NCBI RefSeq assembly: GCF_001194135.2 | Contig: NC_068982.1 | Coordinates: forward strand, 164,794,600 to 164,836,700 | Source: Octopus bimaculoides | Lineage: Eukaryota | Direction: 5' to 3' | Length of the DNA stretch: 42,101 bases | Part shown: positions 12,341 through 24,619 of the stretch, piece after piece | Layout: each line of letters begins with the position of its first letter | Numbering within the stretch: position 1 is the stretch's first letter | Translations under genes and position numbers: made by a program | The notes under the pieces: model-generated | Database searches by the model: none | The model's input: the letters and a program-made list of their open reading frames with translations, nothing else | Told to the model about the DNA's origin: nothing

Positions 12341-13463
12341 TTAAGACGAAGAGCGCGATTTGATTGTAATAGACGTTTTATTGGTTGAACAGTCAAGTTC
12401 AAAATAAGAAGTGATAAAAATTCAAAATTAGAGAAATTTAAATGTAAAGTATGAATTAGAGCAACCAGCATGCACACGTTGATGGAGTGCTATCATCAGT
12501 CTTTAAGTTTCTATATTATAACAGGCAAAAAGAAAAAGACAGAAAATAGAAGACAGAAAAAAAACAGAAAAAAAAAAGAGGAAAGAAAAGAGAGAAAAAA
12601 GAAGAATATTTAATCAAACAGTTTTGTATAAATTTGATGATATTCTCCTGTCATTTTATTCATTCCTCCAGGGCGTGATGTTAATAACCCGCAAACATAT
12701 TTCTTCGCATGCATTCTGAGAAGTGAAAGTGAAGCAGATTCAGATATTTTCTGAGAATATGCACTTTCAAGTCTTTTTCAAAACTGCAGCCGTTTGAAAC
12801 GAAATGTTCGGCAAGTTCCATCGAACTACAGTTATTATGCATAACGTCGAATCTGTGCCCATGAAACCTTTTTTTTAATTGTTCTGTTGTACAACCAGCA
12901 TAAATCAAGTTGCGTTTCGTGTCGCAAGAGAGGTAAGCTCTGTTCATTGTGCAACAACATGAGTCTAGTGAATTCCATCAGGAATCATAACGGAAATGCT
13001 ATGATTTATACACAAGATGGGACATGTAGACATTCCCATTTGCAGTACGCGGCAGAATGCACGAAACACAACTTGAATGCATGAGGAGAAATATGTTTGT
13101 GGGTTATTAACATCACGCCCTGGAGGAATGAATAAAGCGACAGGAGAATATCATCAAATTTATACAAGACTGTTTGATTAAATATTCTTGTTTTTCTCTT
13201 TTTCTTTCCTCTTTTTTCTGTCTTTTTTCAGTCTTCTTTTTCTGTATTTTTATTTTCGCCTGTTATAAAATTGAAACTTAAAGACTGATGTCATTCCATC
13301 AACGTGTGGATGCTGGTTGCTCTCGTTCAAACTTTTACATGTAAACTGTAATTTTGAATTTTTATCACTTCTTATTTTGAACTTGACAAAGACAGACTTA
13401 CTAATGAAATATCGTTCAACCAATAAGATATCTATTACAATCGAAACGCGCTCTTCGTCTTAA
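12341..13463 (-). mobile_element. 5'-truncated Penelope-like element with inverted terminal (pseudo-LTR) arms 12341-12716 and 13075-13463
   Basis: The two ~380 bp arms are reverse complements with scattered substitutions and indels. The 358 bp spacer encodes STCPIL...LIYAGCTTEQLKKRFHGH...ELAEHF...LKVHIL (GIY-YIG). Each arm encodes the C-terminal EEKYVCGLLTSRPGGMN motif. Confidence 0.85.
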
Positions 13464-13464
13464 T

Positions 13465-13552
<88 letters not shown>

Positions 13553-13580
13553 GCAACAACAATAATAATATAATGATGAT
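13464..13580. repeat. (CAA)n/(TAA)n microsatellite
   Basis: Read directly from the sequence. Confidence 0.97.
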
Positions 13581-13584
13581 AGTT

Positions 13585-13737
13585 CTTGGGTATTCAGTTT
13601 CTTCTACGATAAGTTAGCATCCAAGTATCAAAGTTTATAATTCTTGAAAAGAGACCTGTGAGACCTCTGACAACAGGTTGTTGTCCGCTATCACAGAATC
13701 AATCAGAGCAAGAAAGACCGAGAGATCTGAGATGGAA
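13585..13737 (+). mobile_element. Probable 3' end of a TAA-tailed retroposon
   Basis: Unique segment lying between TAA runs and ending in gagatctgagatggaaa(ataat)n. No ORF motif recognised. Confidence 0.4.
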
Positions 13738-13755
13738 AATAATAATAACAATAAC

Positions 13756-13816
<61 letters not shown>

Positions 13817-13944
13817 GTATGGTTGTGATGCATGTGCCTGGTGTACCTTTATCAGACAAGTAGTCATGATGGGTATAATGGGCTTCGTATATTTTACCCC
13901 AGTGTCACTTTGATGGCATGCACTGCTCTCTCACTCAATAATAA
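13817..13944 (+). mobile_element. 3' end of an abundant TAA-tailed retroposon
   Basis: Ends in ...ccccagtgtcactttgatggcatgcactgctctctcactc(aat)n, recalled as a high-copy octopus repeat terminus. Sits between TAA runs. Confidence 0.55.
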
Positions 13945-13959
13945 TAATAATGTCCAATA

Positions 13960-14145
13960 TCTACAATGGATAATATGTCGGCATTATAAAATCTAAACTG
14001 CTGAAAAATGGGACAAGCACCGCACCGAGGATGTAACTGAAGAGATAATGGAACGATTCTTTGGGTTTTTTCAGTAAGTACAGACCGGACAATCAAAGCT
14101 AATAAACCAGATATTATTGTGTGAAAGACCAAAACAATAAAACCC
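13960..14145 (+). mobile_element. R4/Dong-like RLE domain fragment
   Basis: WIICRHYKI*TAEKWDKH, then after a frameshift DNGTILWVFSVSTDRTIKANKPDIIV, equivalent to the HW.IC...ILWDF...TD..I...KPDI motif. Confidence 0.8.
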
Positions 14146-14175
14146 GGTTATTGATTGACATGAGCATAATATCTC

Positions 14176-14300
14176 GGCGTGGTGAAAGAATCATTCGCTC
14201 GCCGGGTAAAGGGTAGAGCGGCATTTCGTCCATCTTTGCACTTTTTATTCAAATTCCACGGAAGTTGGCATTGCCTATCATTCTTTAGGATTCGACAAAT
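14176..14300 (+). mobile_element. 5' half of tRNA-derived SINE
   Basis: gaatcattcgctcgccgggtaaa...gcggcatttcgtccatctttg...ttcaaattcc...ttgcctatcattctttagg aligns with the head of 14541-14750. Confidence 0.7.
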
Positions 14301-14540
14301 CCACCGAGCTATCCCCACACATACACACACACACTCAGATAGTCACACACACACACATGGGTGTGTGTACGTGTGTGAGTGTGTGTAAGAGGTTATGTGT
14401 GTGTATATATTTTGTATGTAAGTGACTACATCGATATTACTTTCTGTCATTACGAGGACAATGACACACCGATTGAAACCCATGAAAGCAGTATCTTGGC
14501 GCGTTTACAGTACCATGATTGATATTAGTCAATTAATATA

Positions 14541-14750
14541 GGGCGGTGAGCTGGCAGAATTGTTAGCAGACCAGATAAAATGCTTAGCGGTATTTTTTCC
14601 GTTTTTGCGTTTTTAGTTCCAATTCGATGGAGGTCGATTTTGCCTACCATCATTTAGGGTTTGATAAAATAAGTACCGGTTGAGTACTAGACTCAGTGTG
14701 ATCCCTTTTCACCTCTACCGAAATTGCTAGCCGTGTGCAAAAATTTGAAA
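14541..14750 (+). mobile_element. tRNA-derived SINE, complete, followed by (TTA)n(GTA)n
   Basis: Head gggcggtgagctggcagaattgttagc; body tttgcctaccatcatttagggtttgataaaataagtacc; tail aaattgctagccgtgtgcaaaaatttgaaa. Three related copies occur in the window. Confidence 0.8.
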
Positions 14751-14779
14751 TTTTTAATTTATTACTAAACTATTATTAC

Positions 14780-14875
<96 letters not shown>

Positions 14876-16464
14876 CAGCAGCAGAAGCAGCAACATGATG
14901 ATTCGTACTAGCAGTGTATCAGTAGCAACCTCAGTAGACTTAGTGGCAGTAGTTGCAGGAATAATTGTTGTATTATATGTAATACTAGTAGCAGTGGCAC
15001 TATTGTTGTCCAATCGAAGTTTTCGGTATGATTTTAAAGCGTATACACCACTAAATAGTTTTACTCATCTTTTCAAGCTAGTTTTGCTTTCCCCAATTAA
15101 TACGATGTTTCTTAATACACAACACAAGGATTAATTAGTAACTTATTATCTACATTTATGTGCGTATAAGTATCAATGTAATAATGCTAATTACATATTC
15201 TATGGTGCAGACATTACTTTCAAATATTTATACATCTGATAAAACAAATTAATAAAGCAACGCGTGTGCATGTGTATGTGTCTGTTTGTGTGTGAGTGTT
15301 TGTGTTAACAGTCCCACACAAATTTTTCATGAACTTTATAGAAAATCTGATATAGGAGAGATTATTGTCTCCGTCTTTCACCAATACATAATTTTAAGCA
15401 ATTCGTCATGTCATTTCTTATCAAATTTAATACCATATCTTGCTATATCACGCAGCTAAACTTTTGAACTCTGAAGGAATGGTATGAACGTGATTCCATA
15501 ACATTTAAAAATGCTCTATTGACAGGACAGTTGATACAACTTGCTTCTACATGTTGTAAGAGCAATTGTAGCACATCATCAGAACGGTTTATACTGTCTT
15601 ACAACAAAATATTTATTGTTAGAAAGTTTGGGGCAAAGGGGCCCAATGTAATAATTCTTGTTTGGATGAATACTGTACGTTATCGTTACGAAGTCAAAGA
15701 TCGTCAGTAGCTGTCAATCGAGTCCTTCGTCTCAATGCACTCGTATCATTTCAATCACCATTTAAATGGCATCCCAATAGAATTAAACTGGCTCCAAAGG
15801 AGTAGATTTATATTTTATGTTTGACAAGTGAGGGCGTAATATACAATTTCTTTTATAAGGGAGCAACTAAGAGCATACAATTTAATTTACATGCCTATTA
15901 GTGTCAACTCCGTAATAATACCGTGTTAAAATTTTTAGACATATCACTCAAACTTGGCATGCCATTTTGATTGAAAAATTCAATCATTTACTTTCTACAC
16001 AAAAACAAAATAGAAAAAGAATGCAAATTGAATTTTATTTGATTTCTCATACATTCACAAGGCGAGTGGTTTATATCTAATTGGTAATATTGACGGTTGT
16101 ATCTGATATTTAATGGCATGGTTAATGTTCGAGATGCCAATATTTCTTTGGAAGAGGATTAAGCATTTCACTCATTCTATTATAACCATCTCTTCCTCGC
16201 TACTTGCTTCAAAAGCTATACTTTGAGTACTGTGTTGGTGCTAATGCTATGTACACTAATATCTTAGACCACACCCATAAAAAAATATGAATGACTGGCA
16301 AAATTTCACTGATCATCAGACTACACCTCGTTGTTACGTTTTAAGATGTTTCTTCCAGCAGCTTATCAATAAATATGATACCCTGAGACATTTCTAGCTT
16401 TCGACTGCCTCATTTTGCTGTTGATTTATGCATAAATTCTGAAGCAATTTTTGTCCATCTGAAT

Positions 16465-16628
16465 AAGAAGGCAGTCAGAATTTTGGATAAATCTTTATTA
16501 GCGCTTTCGTTCGTTTATCGAACTCGTCAAGACGAAATCAAAATAACGATCTTGACTAAGTTTTGAGGAATTCGATAAACGAACAAAAGTGCTAATAAAA
16601 GTTATCTCAAAATTCTGACTGCCTCCTT
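16465..16628. mobile_element. Palindromic MITE-like element (~165 bp hairpin)
   Basis: aagaaggcagtcagaattttggataa...gttcgtttatcgaa is inverted at ttcgataaacgaac...aaaattctgactgcctcctt. A second half copy lies at 8519. Confidence 0.8.
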
Positions 16629-16670
16629 TTTCTCAATATACAGTTATTCATTCCTCCAGGGCGTGATGTT

Positions 16671-16712
16671 AACCCGGAATCATGTGTTTGGTAAGCCAGC
16701 TACTTACCACAT
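16671..16712 (-). mobile_element. Isolated 5' head of a second tRNA-derived SINE family
   Basis: Minus strand tgtggtaagtagctggcttaccaaacacatgattccgggtt is A-box-like and runs up to the GGTT of a B box. Family recognised from memory. Confidence 0.55.
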
Positions 16713-17335
16713 AGACACTCTTGCGCTTGTTCAAGTTTTGTGAGAAGTTTTGCACGTATCTCTGCATCTTCGTTTTCCGTAGGCTCTTGTATAAAAATGA
16801 GGCACTTAAACATATCAGGATTTATTTCCTTCAGTTTAAACCTTTCGCACATTCGATTTACGTTCCCGGTATACGTGACAAAGTCTTCATCCTCTCTTTT
16901 AACTAGATTTCAACATTCTCATCGAGTGTTAAATAAGGATCTCTTATCACTGAATATTTTTGGTAGTAGCTCGACTGTTTCCTGGTAACAAATTTGACAA
17001 TTTCTTTGATATTGTATGAAATTACAATATTTTTCATGTTCAGCCGGCGCTAATATACATCATAATAGTCTTACTTTTTCGTTGTCTCTCTCCGGCTTGC
17101 AATCTTCCCAGAAGATTTCTTCGTACCTACTAAAATACGCTGCAAACGTTATTCCCTCCTCCGGATCATAACTGAATTCTGTTATAGAGTTCGATACGCC
17201 AACTAGAGAAAACGAACTCATTTCCTTAAGACATAACTCCATTAACTGCTGTTTTTCTTGTTGCTGAAGTAGTTGTTTCTCTTCTTGCTGCTGTTTTTGC
17301 AACTGTATTATAGAAGCTAATAGGTCTTCCATCAT
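16713..17335 (-). pseudogene. gag: Ty3/gypsy (Mag/K02A2.6-like) gag fragment
   Basis: SNSITEFSYDPEEGITFAAYFSRYEEIFWEDC...KVRLL; AEHEKYCNFI; ETVELLPKIFSDKRSLFNTR; REDEDFVTY...NRMCERFKL...FKCLIF...DAEIRAKLLTKLEQ. Confidence 0.85.
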
Positions 17336-17385
17336 TAACAGCTTTGTGTCACAAAAATTTTTTAAGTCACCTGCGTGAAATGTGA

Positions 17386-17398
17386 ATCCTCGTCACCA
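17386..17398 (-). promoter_or_regulatory. Primer-binding site TGGTGACGAGGAT (probably tRNA-Ser)
   Basis: Upstream of gag and just downstream of a ...TACA LTR-like end. Complementary (1 mismatch) to the ...ATCCTCGTCG-CCA 3' end of metazoan tRNA-Ser(GCU), recalled from memory. Confidence 0.75.
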
Positions 17399-17431
17399 AT
17401 TATTGTAACGTAGTTACCCGTCGCCAATTAT

Positions 17432-17705
17432 TGTAATATCGCCACAATTTATGACGATACTTGTTTACGCTATTAACGTGTGGTAGCAATAAAATATATA
17501 ACGTAGCAGGGTATCAACAACTTAACAATCCAACAAGCACTCCACGAATTATACACAAACCAGCAAACGATTTTCTGGCAAACTGCCAAAACGACACCTT
17601 ACGACTTCTTGTAATTAACGCCTACTCTCTCCCCATGAGACCGCTACCATTTATAGTCGTTCGGTCAATTCCTTTCTCGCAGGGGTCATGACTCTCGTTT
17701 CAACA
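17432..17705 (-). repeat. Probable 5' LTR of the gypsy element
   Basis: Minus strand begins TGTTG (17705) and ends ATTACA (17432), immediately before a PBS-like sequence. No second LTR is available to confirm. Confidence 0.5.
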
Positions 17706-18419
17706 TTGTATATATATATATATATATATNNNNNNNNNNNNNNNNNNNNNNNNNNNNNNNNNNNNNNNNNNNNNNNNNNNNNNNNNNNNNNNNNNNNNNN
17801 NNNNNNNNNNNNNNNNNNNNNNNNNNNNNNNNNNNNNNNNNNNNNNNNNNNNNNNNNNNNNNNNNNNNNNNNNNNNNNNNNNNNNNNNNNNNNNNNNNNN
17901 NNNNNNNNNNNNNNNNNNNNNNNNNNNNNNNNNNNNNNNNNNNNNNNNNNNNNNNNNNNNNNNNNNNNNNNNNNNNNNNNNNNNNNNNNNNNNNNNNNNN
18001 NNNNNNNNNNNNNNNNNNNNNNNNNNNNNNNNNNNNNNNNNNNNNNNNNNNNNNNNNNNNNNNNNNNNNNNNNNNNNNNNNNNNNNNNNNNNNNNNNNNN
18101 NNNNNNNNNNNNNNNNNNNNNNNNNNNNNNNNNNNNNNNNNNNNNNNNNNNNNNNNNNNNNNNNNNNNNNNNNNNNNNNNNNNNNNNNNNNNNNNNNNNN
18201 NNNNNNNNNNNNNNNNNNNNNNNNNNNNNNNNNNNNNNNNNNNNNNNNNNNNNNNNNNNNNNNNNNNNNNNNNNNNNNNNNNNNNNNNNNNNNNNNNNNN
18301 NNNNNNNNNNNNNNNNNNNNNNNNNNNNNNNNNNNNNNNNNNNNNNNNNNNNNNNNNNNNNNNNNNNNNNNNNNNNNNNNNNNNNNNNNNNNNNNNNNNN
18401 NNNNNNNNNNNNNNNNNNN

Positions 18420-18454
<35 letters not shown>

Positions 18455-19748
18455 CTTTATTATTTTATTATTCATTACTTCGTATTTTTATTATAAGTCT
18501 TTTTAGTGTATTTACTTATTAAATTTTTCTATTTGGTCACGCCCATTTATATTTTAATTTCAAATATGAGTGTTCAGTTGTAATTCTTCCATTTTCAAAC
18601 ACAATAAAATATCAATTGAAATCGATACAATCGTCTAAAATTATTGAGAGTATGGCCTAACGTAGTTGCAATACGATGTCAATAACCAATAAAATAATAA
18701 GACAATTTTGTTGATTTGAATCAGCAATATGTCTACTTACTCATGTGCCTTCAATCACACCAAGAAGCAGTGGTTCATAGTCTATTGCCCCCCACCCCCA
18801 CTGTATTGTAAACTGAAAATGAGATTACAAAAAAGTATGTACTGCTGAACTTAACATGGAAAGTTTGTAAATACTTTCGACTTTAACAAAATAGAAAAAT
18901 AACGAAAAAATACGATTATGCGTATTAATTTATTAATTAATCACAAATATGTATAATAATATTTTGAAGATGTTCGAGAATAGTTAGGGATTTTGTAAAG
19001 TCTTGAATTACATTACTTTCAAAGAATCTGTCTCCGTGAATTGCATCTTTAACATAACTCACTGAACAGCTTTCTCCTTCTACAAACTACATCTCTCACT
19101 AGTAAGCTACACGAAACTGCATAATGTCATATATACTTCCTCTTCATTTTTGCTTTATTAAAGAAGATACTAATAAATATTCAAACCTTATTTTGTCACG
19201 TGTCTTCATATTAAGACATGTACAGCAATTAAAGCAATTTCTGCTATAGTTATTATTAACCGTTGATGATCAAATGGTAATTATGTCGGGTATCCACAGG
19301 GTCACATTTACTGCACATGGTCATTAATAGTTTTGAATAAATAATTTTTGAGAAAATATATGGCCAACAGAAATTTCAATTGACTTTGAATAGAATAAAA
19401 TTAATTAATTAATTAATTAATAAGTATGATTAACATAATTAATAGTGTAGCATATAAGATTGACTTGATTGCTTGAAACTTTAATTACTCTTCATTTTTG
19501 AGAAGATTATTTATGCTAAATGGCTGATTTTCCTCTCGTCAGAATGTGCGTGTGTGTGTGTGTGTGTGTCTGTGTCTGTGCGTGCATGTGCACGTGGGCA
19601 TGTGCATGCATATGTACATGTATATGCATATATAAATGTAAATAGACACAGGATAAAACATCGTTTTATGTTTATTCTAACTTGTAAAGGTTTATATTTT
19701 CTATTAATTGACATTTTTATGTTTCAGGTTCTATTTGTGACTTTAATC

Positions 19749-20560
19749 ATGTCATGTACAAAATAGCTTTGGAACTCTCTGAATATCCAAGAAGCTGTAC
19801 TGTGGGTCATTCTGAAGAGGGACACAACAGAAAACGCAGAAAACCTAGGCATCCAGTTAATAGAGTGATTGTGCAATTCACCAGAGAGAGGAAGTTGTCT
19901 ACATCACCACACCCACATCAATCAGGACCTCTGACAGGACTCTTCTCTTTACTAATGGAAGTGTGGAGGATAACTCTCGTTGCAAGGCCTCTGACGTAGC
20001 AGAACAAGGTGATGTCAGTCCCAGAACAGCAGGCAGGTAGCTGCACAAACTTGGTTACTATGGCAGAGCAGCAAAAAGGAAGCCGCTTCTTCGACCAGCC
20101 AGCATGAAGCGAAGAAAAGATTGGGCCAGTGAGATGATGGAGAGGCCACTAGCATCTTGAGACACTTTCATATTCTCTGATGAGTCCAGATTTGTTGCAT
20201 TTCTTGACAGTGTTCGAGCGTGGGTTTGGAGACTCTGTGATCAAGAATTTTATGTGAAAAGATTGAAGCCAACAATGAAACACAGCAGCTATTCTGTGAT
20301 GGTCTGGAAAGCAATTAGGAGCAATGGTTGATGAGAGCTGGTGAAATGTGTGGGAAACATAAACTCAGATAAATATATGTCCATATTGGAGAAAGGACTC
20401 CTTCCAACCTTCTCCAGTGGGGAAAAGATTAAAGAAGACTCTTTATTTATGGAAGATAGGGCTCCTTGTCACACAGCTAAAATGACCCAAGATTTGTTGG
20501 GTGAGAATGGCATTAAAAAGCTTCCATGGCCAAGCCAGTCACCAGATATGAACCTTATTG
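19749..20560 (+). pseudogene. Tc1-family (DD34E) transposase fossil, 3'-truncated
   Basis: GRAAK.KPLL, FSDESRF, VMVWKAI, FMEDRAPCH, WPSQSPDMNLIG. There are 34 residues between the second D and the E position, which is mutated to G. Internal stops present; TIRs not found. Confidence 0.9.
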
Positions 20561-21722
20561 GAACAACAATGCACTGTAAGATCCATGATGCTAGAATCCG
20601 TTAAGTATAACGTTCCAATGATAATCTGGATGAATTGCTTGTAAAGTGATTCGGGAGAGATAGCAAAGGTGCGGTTAAGTAGGAGACAAGATGTGAGTCC
20701 ATGAGAAGAGGAAGTTCAATCAAGCATGATCAAACTGGGGTCCAATTCAACACGTTTAACCGTTAATCCAGTCACGTTTTATCTCTCTCCGTTTTTTCCT
20801 TTTTCCATCTACTTTCTCTCCTTATGACAAAGACTCTTCCCTTTTACCTGATCACCAAACTTACACACCTTGTTTGTTGTTCCCTCATCTGAATCTGTCG
20901 TTCGTTATTCCTTTTTGTACAATTTTGTACCATATAAAACATCAATTTATTGCTACGATTTAAGTTGTTTCAACGATTTGAGTGTTTTGATTGTCAAGTA
21001 TATGTAATTTTGCATTCAAAATCTTTTAAGTCGCATAATCTAAATGTATCTGAGGGAATATGTCTGTAACATGTTGCATTAAGTTTCTTATACTATTTAG
21101 TTTCGCCACTCCACTCTACGTTATTCCCATAAATTTCACTTTTGATTTCCTCACTTTGAGATGTTGAGAAGCATCACATAAGCTACTATATATTCAAGGG
21201 TATTTACACATAGCTGTAATTTCAACATTCCAATATTACAGGAAATAGTCGTTATCAATCATTCTCTTAAAACGTACTGAGTTTCTTTTCTTTCTTTGAA
21301 TTTTAAAGCACTGCTTCAATAGAGCTAGATTTACTTAAGATCTTTTTCTATGAAAATCCCCAGTGCTTTCTCGTTTTTGAGTTATGCAACGTAAAGCACG
21401 ATAAAATCTGTGCATTTGCACTTGACATCAGCGAAGTTTCTAACGAAATGCTCATTGGCTTTTCGTCCGTCCTTATCTTCTGAATTTAAATTCCACCAAG
21501 GTCCACTTTGCATTTCCTCTTTTGGGTCTTGATAAAATAAGCATCGGCGTCGATGTAACCGATTTAATGCCTCTCTCGAAATTGCTAACCTTGTTTCAAA
21601 ATTTGAAACCAATATCATAGAGTAATCAGATGAGAAATACTTCAAATATTGCAACGAAGTTATTACTGATTAGTATTACCCAGATTCTGTCAGATTTGGA
21701 AGAGATCCAATAACATATTTAA

Positions 21723-22348
21723 CCTTCCATGGTCCGGGGGGTCCCCTGGGACCCTAGCAAATTTTAAAAGTTATGCATCTTTTACATTTTTTATTGAAAT
21801 CATTTTATATCTCATGACTTTATTGTCAATAGTTTATGTATGCTCGTACACATTTGGATTAAAACATTTCCAGTCATATGGATGTTATAGCCTAAAAATA
21901 TGGTCAGTGGGGGGGGGGCACTGGACCTAATTGGCCTTTTGTGAAATTATATTTTTGTGTTCTTTTTTCAGATATTCTCATGAACTGTAAGTTAATTTCC
22001 TTAGTATTTGTACTGGTATAAATCGATATACTAAATAATTTTGTTTTATTTTATATTTAGTACTGTATGTATAGTTTATAAAACTATAAAAAAATATTGA
22101 TTTCTTTCAATAAATGTGTTTTTTTTTTTCCAGTCAATAAATTGTATTTTAATTCCCGTCCATTAATAATTACAAATATATACCTATAAAGTGCTAAATT
22201 TCTTCTTCTGTATCATGCACTCACATATATATATACAAGATTAAGCAAAGATTACTTTAAGGATAGAGCGTTAATGCACAAAAAAATGGGGTCCTTCGGG
22301 ACCGCGATGATCTTTTATGTAATTACAACCCCTCCGGCCAGCGAAGGG
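21723..22348. mobile_element. Non-autonomous piggyBac-type element (626 bp)
   Basis: TTAA at 21719-21722 and 22349-22352. Imperfect TIRs CCTTCCATGGTCCGG / CCGGCCAGCGAAGGG. Subterminal GGGTCC..GGGACC motifs near both ends. No ORF. Confidence 0.75.
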
Positions 22349-23353
22349 TTAATCGAGTGTTACTTTGATTCTGTAAGCATTCGAAGTAAATATTATTTCG
22401 TATTGTTATTTATACCATTATTTGTGTTAAGTCTTAATGGCTGATTTTTACTCTTTCATTGTTTTATAACGTTTACATTTTAACACAACCATTAGAATTG
22501 TTGCTTGAAATATTTGTGAAACACCAACTCATACACAAGAGCTCTTGCATAAACTCTTATTTCAATACACTGAAGCATACGCCTACGCGCACGCACTAAC
22601 CTACAGGCATGCATGAGAATGCACGAATATGGAGGAGCGTTATATTATTCTTAATGGTTCGTCAAAGGCAGCAGCGATCAATCATTTATTTCTCTCTTTG
22701 GCTTGGGACCAAAATCATTATATCATTACTCTTATATTGTATTACCTCATTCACTGCACAATTACGAACCCAAAGTGTATTCTTTAGCGTGCTAAATCAA
22801 CTCCTTGGCAGTCAATGTCAAAGCAATTCCTAAGGTTTCTCAAAATGATGGAAAACATTTCTAAATTGATTAGGTTTAAGACTATTGTTGTTGTGTTTAT
22901 ATACCTTGATATCCATGCTCCTTATTCTCGATTTTAAAACGTTGACATCACAGATCCTCGACTGGCAGATCAACAGTATTATCGTAATCTACTTTATCAT
23001 CGTTTTTCATCGGCTTTCAGAAAACATTCTATAGGAATGCAAATGTTTGAAACAACATTCTTCAGTGATATCAGTCATGAAAGTTAGATTGTCAGTTTCG
23101 ATATTTCTCTTCTCTTTCGTCTTTGCCACTGATTTCCAGCCGGGTTTAATATATTTGGGTGGATCGAATCACGCACCCGATTTAAACTTACTGTTGCGTA
23201 AAAACAGATTTGGAACAGATCCAATAACGTATTTAATCGATGTTTGTTTTATTTCACACAGCTTAAACGTACACACACGCACAAATACACCATCGCGTCA
23301 ATACACTGGTGCACATATACATACATATTTATAAATACATACACAAACTTATA

Positions 23354-23389
<36 letters not shown>

Positions 23390-23399
23390 NNNNNNNNNN

Positions 23400-23439
<40 letters not shown>

Positions 23440-24058
23440 CTGAAACAACTATTTGCAAGATATAAGAGTTAAAATCTTTGAATCCTGCATTGCGTCTAGC
23501 TGTTTATATAAATTATATATATATATATAAAACTTTCATGTATACCTTATATCTGATGAGAGAGTACCCAGTGTACGGACATTATAGCCTATCACGTGGG
23601 TTATCACAGAAACAGCTGTATGATTTCAACTTTACTCTAATTAAATTACTCTATATGACATGAGATATTCATCTTCCTTTGGTTTTTGTTGTCCTTTCCC
23701 CCTAATATAATATATGCTGCTAACACGGAAGCCTAATACGACTACCGAGCTCCAGCCTCAGCTGTGAACTTCCACCGTTACCGATGACCAATTATAGCAC
23801 TTCCTTAATGTACGTATTCGTTTCGATCACCAGTGAACTAAAACCCTCCATATTCTATATTGCTTTCAACACCATTCTAGCTATAAGTGCAAATAACCAT
23901 AGGAAACATGTGTATGTAGCCAATAAATAATTTATGTTTGCTCAAATGTCCAGTTCAGTGTGCATACATATACATAGATATAAGTATGTATTCACACATG
24001 CACACACACACACACACACATACACACACACACACGCACACACGCACGCACGCACACA

Positions 24059-24092
<34 letters not shown>

Positions 24093-24619
24093 NNNNNNNN
24101 NNNNNNNNNNNNNNNNNNNNNNNNNNNNNNNNNNNNNNNNNNNNNNNNNNNNNNNNNNNNNNNNNNNNNNNNNNNNNNNNNNNNNNNNNNNNNNNNNNNN
24201 NNNNNNNNNNNNNNNNNNNNNNNNNNNNNNNNNNNNTATATATATATATATATGAAGGTGATGCTAAATAACTTATCATTTCAAAAACTTGAAGACACCC
24301 TGTAATTTTATTTAATTTAGTGCAAAAACTCAACAGGCAAAATTTCAGCACAATTCAAGAAAATTTAAAGGTTGCTACCATCCACTGAACATTTTGTGTA
24401 TTGTTATTTTTCAGTTTGTATTTCTTGTACATTTATTTATTTTGCAGATTTCATAAAAAATGGTAGCCAGCAACGTATAGCATTCATGACAGATTCTGAA
24501 CCTCTTTCCGTAAACCTTCTCATCCCTTTCATTGCTATAGACGCCGTGGGCGAACATTCTACAATCATTTCTTTGCTGTGATGTCAGTGTAAGTCCAGCA
24601 TCACTGACTCAGTATCTTT

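Noticed and set aside
12341-13463. TIR DNA transposon interpretation of the long inverted repeat
   Set aside because: The arms contain the end of the GIY-YIG ORF itself and there is no transposase, which fits a Penelope inverted pLTR better.
20173-20193. CTGATGA motif
   Set aside because: It is the coding sequence for FSDESRF of the Tc1 transposase.
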